From a virus (lineage: Duplodnaviria; Heunggongvirae; Uroviricota; Caudoviricetes): a DNA stretch of 64,000 nucleotides. The stretch is from IMG/VR virus record IMGVR_UViG_3300012573_000004. One strand, written 5' to 3'. Within the stretch, counting starts at the first letter, position 1; every line of letters starts with the position of its first letter. The notes under the pieces are model-generated. The model was given only the letters and a program-made list of their open reading frames with translations, had not been told where the DNA came from and did not search any database. The translations under genes and the position numbers were made by a program. Below, one piece after another: positions 50,888 through 59,778 of the stretch.

Positions 50888-51072
50888 GGGGTGGTTTCCT
50901 TTCATCCTTTTTTGAAAAAGATAGGGTGAATTTCACCTCAAATTCTACCATATATCTATTGATATTTTCTAGTGATATAAGAGAAACAATGAATAAGAAG
51001 ACTTTATTCATAAAGCACCATTCAAGTCAATATATCCAACTCAAATAGTGCTTTAATAGTCAAAAAATGATT

Positions 51073-53592
51073 CTACTCAATATCAATGTATCCTACAATA
51101 TTATCACCATTGTCTTGATACGCTTGTGCAATAGTAGAACTTTCAAGAACCTGTACTCTCGCCTTCTCCTCTGTCATATCCAGAACCTTAGCCTTTCCAT
51201 TTTTTTCTTCACTAATAGCCCTAATCTCTAAGAATTTTTCACCATGCTTTTCTGCATAACGAGCTAATCCCTGAAGCTTATCAAGAGAATCTTCTAGATA
51301 TGTACCATGAGGATCCACAATAGATGGCTTAATTCCCCCTGGAGTTTCAGTAAATACAATGAAATCAGGAGAAAATACTTTTTCCATATTTTCATGATTA
51401 TAAGACACCCGAAGAGCTTTAGAACCTGAAGAAGGATTGCGATAAAATCCTACCACTCCACTTTCTTCAATCTCTTGAAGAATAATCTTCTCTTCAAAAG
51501 GATGAAGGTTGTAATAGAACTTTCCATTATTATCACTGTAAAGATGCCTATTACCGTCAATATAAGGAAGTTCTACCTTTTTACCATTTTCCACCTTTTC
51601 GCTACTGATAGTATATCTCTCAGGAAGAGAAATGATGCCATTTTCAGGGGTAGAAGACTGGGAAAGCAATTTATTATATTCAGCTTTTTGTTCTTGAGAA
51701 CACATACGCTTGATATCTCTACTATATGTGGAAGAAATCCACTGAGAAGTCTTATTTTGTGCCCATTCATTAATAGATTTACAAATATCTTCATCATAGC
51801 TTAGAGCAGAAATAAGATATGTAGCTTCCTCATCATCTACTTCCATTTCCCTCATGCACTCTTTGATAGCATCCCGAGTAACATTCTTTCCAAATTTCTT
51901 TGATGCATTCTCCAGGTAAGTATCAATGCTGTCAGAATTTGATTTATTATCATGGGTTTCACTGCTATTGACAACATTTCCCTGAGTATCAATTTTTGTA
52001 GAGTTTGTTTGAACAATTTTCAGATCATTAACGGTATCATCAATAGATTCCCTATTCTTGTATACAGAAGATACCATCTCTTTTACAATGAGATCTTGGA
52101 CATCATCTTCAAAATCATCAATAATTCCATGATTGTCAAGAAGAAGACCTACTTTAGTCATCCTAAACAGTGGAGAGTATTTTTGACTGTAGGGAACAGT
52201 GTAAGAAGGAAGGGAAGACAAAATATCCTTCAGTTCATCATTGACACAAGAAACATCTACTGGGTTAAGAGCAACGTTGAAACCATCATCACCATTTACA
52301 TCACCATCAACACCACCATGTTGCAATCTGTCATTGATTCTTGACACTTTATCAAGATCATAGAGTGGCAAAATAACAGAAGTGGAATTGAGGATGTCTG
52401 ATCCTTCAATCCTTTGTGCCAAAGGTGTTCTAAGCATTCTACCCATGATCTGAATAATGTAATCACTGTCACTATGTGGCCTAAATGACAACAGAACCTC
52501 TGCACGAGGACAATCCCAACCAGCTACAGCTGATTCTTTAATGAAAAATACTTTCACATCAGTATCATCTTGAACCTTAGAAGGATCTACCTGATGAATG
52601 GTAACACCTTGATTTTCTACTTTAGAAGAAAAATCCATGATGTTATGAGCAAAAGAATTATCAGGATCTATTGAAGGAATAGCACTAGCTATTCTAGATG
52701 CATGCTCTCCAAGTTGATTCTCAGTGATTTTATCCTCTACCTGAACAACAAGAACTGGAACAATGATGTTTTCTTGTTCATTTTCTTTGCACCATTTTTC
52801 CCATGCATCTTCATATTTAATGTATTCTTTTGCTGCTACCTCAGTAAGAATTGATTTAAAATCACCCTTTTCTTCCCCAGGGTAATGAATATCAATAGTA
52901 TCCTTAATCAAGCCTGAATCCTTGACATCTTTCATAGAAATAGTGATCTCTTCTAGGAAATGGGTTTGAGAAATAACCTTTTTGAATTTAGTAGGGGTAG
53001 CTGACATACCAATAACCAAAGGAACAGGGAAGTTCATATTTTTCCCCTGGATAAGACGCTTGGCAATAGTAGCACCACTACCACTCATACCTTGGTGAGA
53101 TTCATCTAGAAAAAGAACAGCTTTCTGCTCTTCATTAGAACAAACATTCTCCCATGACTCCCAGAAATTGTACTCATAAGAACCCTCATTATCACCTTTG
53201 GTCAAACTAGATCTCTTGCCTAGCTTTTGAGTGTTAATGAAATAGATTTTCTTTGGATCCAACTCTTCTTGTTTGAAATTTTTGTCAATGGTGACAATCC
53301 TACCTCGCAAAGCAGGGTTGAATCTTTCAATCTTTTCTACTGTCTGCTGATTAAGATCAGGAGAAGCAGAAACATAAAGAACAACACAATCTTCTAAGCC
53401 TTCATATTTTCCATTAACAAGACCATCAAGCACTTCACTAGCAATGAGTGTTTTACCTGCACCTGTAGGAGCTTGCAAGGTGATAGCAGCCTTCTTATTG
53501 TCTTTCCTTCCATGAAGAGATTCCAAAGAATAAGGAATCTTCCATTGAAATTCATCTACTGCATATTTTTGATGCTCTTTAAGAATATACAT
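51073..53592 (-). CDS. res: Type III restriction endonuclease Res subunit
   Basis: APTGAGKT, FLDESH, MSATP, GWDCPRA, QIMGRMLR, C-terminal PDF...DPHG nuclease motif. Confidence 0.88.
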   Translation of the reverse strand: MYILKEHQKYAVDEFQWKIPYSLESLHGRKDNKKAAITLQAPTGAGKTLIASEVLDGLVNGKYEGLEDCVVLYVSASPDLNQQTVEKIERFNPALRGRIVTIDKNFKQEELDPKKIYFINTQKLGKRSSLTKGDNEGSYEYNFWESWENVCSNEEQKAVLFLDESHQGMSGSGATIAKRLIQGKNMNFPVPLVIGMSATPTKFKKVISQTHFLEEITISMKDVKDSGLIKDTIDIHYPGEEKGDFKSILTEVAAKEYIKYEDAWEKWCKENEQENIIVPVLVVQVEDKITENQLGEHASRIASAIPSIDPDNSFAHNIMDFSSKVENQGVTIHQVDPSKVQDDTDVKVFFIKESAVAGWDCPRAEVLLSFRPHSDSDYIIQIMGRMLRTPLAQRIEGSDILNSTSVILPLYDLDKVSRINDRLQHGGVDGDVNGDDGFNVALNPVDVSCVNDELKDILSSLPSYTVPYSQKYSPLFRMTKVGLLLDNHGIIDDFEDDVQDLIVKEMVSSVYKNRESIDDTVNDLKIVQTNSTKIDTQGNVVNSSETHDNKSNSDSIDTYLENASKKFGKNVTRDAIKECMREMEVDDEEATYLISALSYDEDICKSINEWAQNKTSQWISSTYSRDIKRMCSQEQKAEYNKLLSQSSTPENGIISLPERYTISSEKVENGKKVELPYIDGNRHLYSDNNGKFYYNLHPFEEKIILQEIEESGVVGFYRNPSSGSKALRVSYNHENMEKVFSPDFIVFTETPGGIKPSIVDPHGTYLEDSLDKLQGLARYAEKHGEKFLEIRAISEEKNGKAKVLDMTEEKARVQVLESSTIAQAYQDNGDNIVGYIDIE

Positions 53593-53632
53593 AATGTTTT
53601 CTATTCTCCTTTGATTAGTGTGCTTTTGACAA

Positions 53633-55822
53633 CTATTTAATAGTCTTAGACTTCATTTTTTTAATGTACAGATCCCATACTGGCACAACATCAACATTTT
53701 GTCCACAGTTTTTCTGCAATTGTGCAGCAGTATCTTTGTCAGTATGAACATAAACTGTCTTTACATTATCTCCGCATTCTTTAAGTGCTTTATCAAATTT
53801 AGACAGCTTCCTCACAACAGCATAAGTATCAGCAATGAAATACTTATCTACATCTTGTGGAATATCACCTGTTTGACCTTGCTCCAACCACAAAAGTGGG
53901 TAGAGATTATCATCTACCATATCTAGGAAAATGTCACGGTAAGATAGATAGTTAAGCTTAAAGAACTTCACATTCTGTTTTAGACCATCTTTAAACTGTC
54001 TAGCCTTATCCTTGGGAATAGGATCTCCAATAGCATATTCATCCTGAAAATCATTGTATTTATAATACCCTTTAACATCCTCAGTGTATCCTGATGCAGC
54101 AGTCTTACCAGTAATAGCAGCAGTGATGCGAGGTTTTGTAGCATACTCATAGACACCATACTTTTCCCACTCAGGATCACCTGATTGATACCCCTGCTTA
54201 GAAAGCTTCTTAGAACGCTGAACCCCAATCTCATTATTGGTAACAGTAATAGATTTGCGCTTTCCACCATCTTGCTCATTAAGATGCATAACGGCATGAG
54301 CAGTAGTACCAGAACCACCAAAGAAATCAAGAATAGTAGCATTAGGTTTATCAGCTACAAAGAAACGGATTACATCCTCTACAGCATAAAGAGACTTGGG
54401 GTAGTCAAAACGTTTTTCTCCATGGAAATCATTGATGACACGTGATCCATGCGCTGTAGCATTGTGGGAAGCAATGAACCATTGTGTTCCAGGAATAAAA
54501 GCTCTTTTTTCATCTGAGGATCCTACAATGATAGTATTATTAACTTTCTCGTAGCCAAGAATCGGAAATACATCGTTTTTCACTTTCATCCTTTCTCCCC
54601 GTGCAAGATAGTATAGCGCAAACCCTCCATCAGGTTTCTTGCTAACCTTCAAATATCCCTCTTTAAGAAGTTTTCTGGCATTTTCTGGACCTTGTCTCCA
54701 CCGACCTTCGTTATTGTCACCGAAAATTGGGAATACTGTTGTGGCACCCTTGATTTCATCCACAGCGTTTCGATCAGTTCCAAGTGGAACAGCATCACCA
54801 ATCTTGATAATTTTTCCGCTATCAGCAATATAGAGTGGGTAAAAACAACCAGGGGAGTCTTCACGAAGGTTTCCTGGTCCTGTGCGACGCAAAGTATCCC
54901 AGCGTATTTTTTGCACTTTTGTTACGGGTGACTTTCCATTTTTGCCAAGGCTCCAGTCTGATCCAAGTGGAAGTTTTACTGGACGAGAATCTCCAAGCTG
55001 TACAATGAAAATATATTCATCTGTTCGGTAGAACTCTGATTCTCGCGCTGCACCAGCTGGATTAATCACAGAACTTACCATCTGAATCCTCGCCCCAGTA
55101 AATACTTGACGCAATAGCATCCCCACGTTGAGGTATTCCTTTTCATCAATGGTTAAAATAAGCACACTATCTTCTGGATTAAGAAGTGTTTTAGCTTCTT
55201 GAAGCCTACGCTCTAGAAAATTCATAAATGCTGCAGATCTAAATTCATCAGATCCATCTACATAATCATTGTTGTAAATCCAGTCTTTGCTTCCTGTGTT
55301 ATAAGGTGGATCAATATAGATGCAGTCAATCTTTCCTACCATGTCAGTTCCACCCAACATGCGCAAAGCATCATAGTTTTCTGCACACACTACACTGTGG
55401 TAATCATCACTATCTTCATCACCAATGACTTCACCATCAGCAACGAGACCTGGATAAACCACTTCATTTTGAGCTACAGTTTTGATTAATGAATCCAACT
55501 CTACTTCAGAAACATTTTCATTATCTTCTGGTGAAAAGAGATCAGCTACCTTAACTCCATCTTTCTCATATACCTTTTCTACAACATGACGTTTGTGACC
55601 GTTGGGTTCAAATTCACCCCGTGCAGAACGAAGGACAACAATATCACCTTTTTTAATATTGTGTTCATTTACTTCAAAAACTTCAGGAAGATGATGATCA
55701 TAGACTAGACCAAACTTCTTTCTTGCAGCTTCTTTAGATTTAAGTTCTTTAAGAAGACCTACTAGTTGTGTAGAGTCTCCACCTTGTTCTGCCATCTTAA
55801 TGATATCTGTAAGTTGAGACAT
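53633..55822 (-). CDS. mod: Type III DNA adenine methyltransferase Mod subunit
   Basis: IYIDPPYNTG and DFFGGSGTT (beta order) flanking a TRD; start re-called at MSQLTD. Confidence 0.9.
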   Translation of the reverse strand: MSQLTDIIKMAEQGGDSTQLVGLLKELKSKEAARKKFGLVYDHHLPEVFEVNEHNIKKGDIVVLRSARGEFEPNGHKRHVVEKVYEKDGVKVADLFSPEDNENVSEVELDSLIKTVAQNEVVYPGLVADGEVIGDEDSDDYHSVVCAENYDALRMLGGTDMVGKIDCIYIDPPYNTGSKDWIYNNDYVDGSDEFRSAAFMNFLERRLQEAKTLLNPEDSVLILTIDEKEYLNVGMLLRQVFTGARIQMVSSVINPAGAARESEFYRTDEYIFIVQLGDSRPVKLPLGSDWSLGKNGKSPVTKVQKIRWDTLRRTGPGNLREDSPGCFYPLYIADSGKIIKIGDAVPLGTDRNAVDEIKGATTVFPIFGDNNEGRWRQGPENARKLLKEGYLKVSKKPDGGFALYYLARGERMKVKNDVFPILGYEKVNNTIIVGSSDEKRAFIPGTQWFIASHNATAHGSRVINDFHGEKRFDYPKSLYAVEDVIRFFVADKPNATILDFFGGSGTTAHAVMHLNEQDGGKRKSITVTNNEIGVQRSKKLSKQGYQSGDPEWEKYGVYEYATKPRITAAITGKTAASGYTEDVKGYYKYNDFQDEYAIGDPIPKDKARQFKDGLKQNVKFFKLNYLSYRDIFLDMVDDNLYPLLWLEQGQTGDIPQDVDKYFIADTYAVVRKLSKFDKALKECGDNVKTVYVHTDKDTAAQLQKNCGQNVDVVPVWDLYIKKMKSKTIK

Positions 55823-56297
55823 GTAATCCTTGCCTTTCATATGATTGTTGATTACATGAATCCTACCATTATTGAGTGCTTCTCCATCAAAGATAGTGTA
55901 CATTGATATTTTCCTTCATTTACATATATTACATATATTTCAATAGATAGTTTGTTTTTTCAATCCACTTTTAAGAAATGTTCTTTTTCCAAGTGGATGA
56001 TTTTTATCTTAGAACACACTATCTTCTATGTCAAAATGAAAACACCCATTGAGCTGTGTGTATTCAAGAAAACTTACTTTTATTCTTGGTTCAAAGAAAA
56101 CTTGCTTTCTTTCTTCTTTATTTGTGTCCCTTTTGATATATTCATTTTGCCTGCACAAACAGTGCTTTATATACGGTTGAAAAAATGCAAAAAACAAAAA
56201 ATCTTTTCAAGAAATGAATAAAAGAAGCAAAAATACTTTTCAAAAAACAGTGAATAAAAATACTGAAAAATAAAAAGTTTACACCCTGTAAACTCAC

Positions 56298-56330
56298 AAA
56301 AAACACCCAAGGGAAATACCCCTGGGTGTT
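56298..56330. terminator. Terminator-like hairpin, near copy of the 15136 hairpin
   Basis: AAAAACACCCAAGGG...CCCTGGGTGTT. Confidence 0.55.
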
Positions 56331-56505
56331 AAATGGAATATCTAGGTCACAACACTTTATTCTAATATCACTCGCATACACGACACTGTGAGTAAGGTTT
56401 AATGCTTGAACTTCGCCTGTGATACCTTCATTGTTAAAAGGTGTTCCTTATGGTCAATGATTGATGTATCAGTATCTTCACCTGTTCTCGTCCATGACGA
56501 GAAAA

Positions 56506-56531
56506 TCCCCGCAAGGTTATACCTTGCGGGG
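56506..56531. terminator. Hairpin downstream of the 56556 ORF
   Basis: CCCCGCAAGG-TTATA-CCTTGCGGGG. Confidence 0.7.
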
Positions 56532-56555
56532 TGAGGTTAGTGTTTAAGCAATGCA

Positions 56556-56891
56556 CTACTTATATGCTCGTTGGCGTTCTTTAGCTTTACGCATATACTC
56601 TCGGTGATAGTCCATGTTTTCTCTATGTGATTTAATACTGGTGATAGCACTTAACCAGCTGCAAAGAATAATTAAAGTAGATGACACAACGGTAGCAATG
56701 GCAATGGTATGTGCAGTAGTATTGGGTTCTCCAAATGCTAATAAGCCTGTGAATATGAGGACATTGAGCACTAGAGCAATGATGGAAGCACTAGAACCTG
56801 CAATATAATTTTCCAGTGGTCCTCTTTTATTGCCGAATTTATCAAAAGAGGGAAATAGATTGTTTAGCATTTCTGATAGTTTGTCGAACAT
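56556..56891 (-). CDS. Small two-TM membrane protein
   Basis: 111 aa; AAGGAAG SD. Confidence 0.7.
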   Translation of the reverse strand: MFDKLSEMLNNLFPSFDKFGNKRGPLENYIAGSSASIIALVLNVLIFTGLLAFGEPNTTAHTIAIATVVSSTLIILCSWLSAITSIKSHRENMDYHREYMRKAKERQRAYK

Positions 56892-56950
56892 GAATAGTCA
56901 CTTCCTTGGGTGTAAAAGATAGGGTGAGATTATTTTCTTTTTTTCAAGAT

Positions 56951-57238
56951 TTACAAGCCTGGACCATGCACCCATTCCCCTGCTGGCGGCGTGCCGTCTG
57001 CTGCCCATGCACGGGGCAGGTCAAAGCGAGGAACAACTTCATTAATCCCATACCCCCACTTACCGGCGTCTGGGTGAGGGTGGTCAATAATGGCTAAGGC
57101 TCTCCCGTCATCGGACTCTCGGTATCCGGCGATAATTCCCTCATTGACGGGTGGTTCGTCTAATCGCTCGAAGATGTAGCACCACATTCCTACACAGTTG
57201 GCGCGTTCTTCTTCGGTCACGTCTGCAAGGGTTCTCAT
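56951..57238 (-). CDS. Corynephage-like hypothetical protein (paralog 1)
   Basis: TLAD.T..ERANC.GMWC...PRFDLPRAW motif shared with neighbour; high GC. Confidence 0.75.
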   Translation of the reverse strand: MRTLADVTEEERANCVGMWCYIFERLDEPPVNEGIIAGYRESDDGRALAIIDHPHPDAGKWGYGINEVVPRFDLPRAWAADGTPPAGEWVHGPGL

Positions 57239-57597
57239 GCTTTCTCCCAGCTATTTACCCATCGGCGGTGTGTGGTGTTATTTCCGCGTAAGCGAGTGGT
57301 GAGTGCCCCTTTGCCAAAGGGTTCGGAGTATTCCCATTCCCCTGCTGGTGGTTGTCCGTCCGCTTGCCAAGCTCGGGGAAGGTCAGGGCGTGGGGTGATC
57401 ATCCACGGGTCAGGTGCCCATGCTGTAGGGCTTGGTGCTCCTGGGTTTACGCATGGTACGCGCCCTGCTTCGTTTACGTCTCCAACCATGATGATGAAGT
57501 CTGATGGTTCGCCGCCTTTGACGTGTCGGTTATAGCCGCACCACATTCCTATGCAGTTGGCGCGTTCTTGTGGAGTCATATCTACCAGTGTTTTCAT
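57235..57597 (-). CDS. Corynephage-like hypothetical protein (paralog 2)
   Basis: AGGAGGAG SD; same motifs as paralog 1. Confidence 0.75.
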   Translation of the reverse strand: MKTLVDMTPQERANCIGMWCGYNRHVKGGEPSDFIIMVGDVNEAGRVPCVNPGAPSPTAWAPDPWMITPRPDLPRAWQADGQPPAGEWEYSEPFGKGALTTRLRGNNTTHRRWVNSWEKA

Positions 57598-57671
57598 TTC
57601 TCCTCCTGTTTCCTAGCTGTTGTGAGTAGAGCTAGGGCGGGTTCTTGGATGTTTTGGTGTGTTCATGTTTA

Positions 57672-57700
57672 AGTATAACGTACTCCTTGCTGTGCGTCAA
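57672..57700 (-). promoter_or_regulatory. Strong promoter, probably leaderless start
   Basis: TTGACG-17 nt-TATACT, then ATG 5 nt downstream. Confidence 0.7.
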
Positions 57701-57764
57701 TACATGTTCATAAAACCCTAAAATTTCCTCATACAAACCACAACTCATATACTAAAACAACAAA

Positions 57765-57793
57765 TTGCGTTATTAAGTATTGTAGTGTAAAAT
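57765..57793 (+). promoter_or_regulatory. Promoter facing the solitary CRISPR repeat
   Basis: TTGCGT-17 nt-TAAAAT. Confidence 0.55.
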
Positions 57794-57861
57794 GGCAACA
57801 TCCATTAAGGAAAGTTGCAACTAAATAGGGGTATCTTAGATGTATCATTGCAGGTACTAAA

Positions 57862-57890
57862 GTGTTTCCCCACGCATGCGGGGGTGTTCC
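57862..57890 (+). CRISPR. Solitary type I-E-like CRISPR repeat (no array, no cas genes)
   Basis: GTGTTTCCCCACGCATGCGGGGGTGTTCC, 29 nt, CCCCAC-GCAT-GCGGGG hairpin, preceded by leader-like GCAGGTACTAAA. Confidence 0.7.
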
Positions 57891-58117
57891 TGTCTTTGAA
57901 AAATTTCTGAAATGTAGGGAAAATATTAGTCATAGGATGAATATTACAGTGTCTAGGAGAATGTGTCAAGGGAATAAATAATATATATGTCTTTTATCTT
58001 TCACAGAGGAAATGATGCTCTATAGTTGAAAACAAGTTTTAACTAGATAATGTATTTGGGTTCTGTTTTTGCAGTTGAACTACTCCTACCTACGTTTTAG
58101 AGAGCATTTGTGGTGGT

Positions 58118-58279
58118 TTAGATACACCAGAAGTCATCGTCTGGGCTGATATAAAATGCAGCGTTAAGCTTTTTGCTTGCGCCGATGATGTGAGTGGTAA
58201 CAATGGAGTCACTGTTATGTTCTGTGACGTGCTCGCTGAGCGTGGTGGTTTCATCGCGGGTGGAGTTGGTGGTGGTCAT
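58118..58279 (-). CDS. Small hypothetical protein (53 aa)
   Basis: GAGGA SD; TTGTGC-17-TATATT promoter; MTTTNSTRDETTT... Confidence 0.5.
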   Translation of the reverse strand: MTTTNSTRDETTTLSEHVTEHNSDSIVTTHIIGASKKLNAAFYISPDDDFWCI

Positions 58280-58460
58280 ATTCTTTTCCTCTCTGTTGTG
58301 GATTTTTGCCTTATGTCTCTAATATACACCCCCTTCTATTGCTGCACAAGCTATAGAATAGATTTTTTCAAGTCAAGTGAAAACAACACAGTCCCCTTCA
58401 AGACCACAACAATCTCAAAAAGGTCTGCGTCTCTGCCAGGAATACAGGGTGATCAGGGAG

Positions 58461-59519
58461 CTACAGCCCCATCATCCCGAAAATAGCCTCAACCTGTTCC
58501 TCAGTTAGACCCATATAGGGATCAGTCTGGACAACCCCAACCTCTACACCATCAGGGTGGTTAAAACGGTACGGCTCATCTTCTACCAAGATCACCTTCT
58601 TGATTTCAGGGTGATCATCTAGAAAGTCCTCCATGGACTTCACCTTTGTATAGCCAGGTTGCTTCTTCATGGTGTAGTTAAAGAGAGGCATCTCAAGCTC
58701 CTCGTTGAAATCATTACTCATCTCACCCCATGATGATGACCAAACTGCCTGATTAGCTGAGAGGGATTGCAGCAGGTCAACAGTGTGAGAGGCCAGCGGC
58801 ATATTAAGACCACCTAGATAATAGGTGAAATCATAGGCTGGGGGCACATTGACGCTTACGCCCTTTTCCTTGTCAAAGCGGTGGGTATAAGGCGAGATCG
58901 CGCCATCAATATCCAGAAAAACCACCATGGGATCAAAATGGCTAGTCTCCATGGTATCCTCCTCCCTCTGGTTATGGGACTTAACATATAGCTTCCGGGC
59001 GCGATCAGCTACCAGATCGTTATCACTGAGATAGACATATTGATCGCTTCCGATGATAGCATCCTCAAAAAATCCGCTGATAACATGATGACTATCTGGC
59101 AGCGCCTCAAAGAAAGCCTGATCAATATAATCCTTAGTGATCTTAAAAACTTTTCCGCCAATATCTACACTCACGCAGTCATCATCTTCTGTGATATCAC
59201 CAATAGCATCTGGAATCACTGCATAAGTCAGGGAGTTTTTAACTGCTTGGACGTAATCTTCCTCAGTATAATCTGGGGATATAAAACTCTGACCACCCTC
59301 ACACATCTTCAGTTTCCACATATGATAAGAGCCATAAATGGTGATATTATCCTCCATATCTACCAAACAGAGATTGCAGTGTGCATCAACGATAACTTCC
59401 TGGCACGGTAGATTCTCTGTGTTGACAACAGGCTCATCTAGGGATCCCTTACGGCGTGTGGATACATCCACCATACAGTTATCCCAGTGGTAGCGATAAG
59501 GCTTCTCGATTGTAATCAT
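58461..59519 (-). CDS. Unknown N-terminal domain fused to a HAD-superfamily (Swiss-Army-knife-type) phosphatase
   Basis: VFLDIDG, VWSSSW, K, LVEDE, GLTEEQ motifs in the C-terminal half. Confidence 0.7.
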   Translation of the reverse strand: MITIEKPYRYHWDNCMVDVSTRRKGSLDEPVVNTENLPCQEVIVDAHCNLCLVDMEDNITIYGSYHMWKLKMCEGGQSFISPDYTEEDYVQAVKNSLTYAVIPDAIGDITEDDDCVSVDIGGKVFKITKDYIDQAFFEALPDSHHVISGFFEDAIIGSDQYVYLSDNDLVADRARKLYVKSHNQREEDTMETSHFDPMVVFLDIDGAISPYTHRFDKEKGVSVNVPPAYDFTYYLGGLNMPLASHTVDLLQSLSANQAVWSSSWGEMSNDFNEELEMPLFNYTMKKQPGYTKVKSMEDFLDDHPEIKKVILVEDEPYRFNHPDGVEVGVVQTDPYMGLTEEQVEAIFGMMGL

Positions 59520-59778
59520 AAGATAAGTCTCCTTGAAAATGTGTGATTGTATGTGGGGTGCTTAATTGACCAATATGCTACCAACATGCGTGTCAAACTG
59601 TCAATCTTGATGAAAAATCAACTCTCCTGGTGTGATTGACTTTCATGGGTGTGGGCAGATTTACTTTTGAGGACATGCACATGAGGGTCAGTATGAAGAG
59701 ACCAGGTTTGTTTTATGGACAATAAGAACCAATATAGTATCTTATACCAAGGGCTAAAAACCTGGAAAACCAATCCTA

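Noticed and set aside
56506..56531. CCCCGC...GCGGGG hairpin resembling a second I-E repeat
   Set aside because: Stem and loop too long, lacks repeat flanks, and lies just after a stop codon like a terminator
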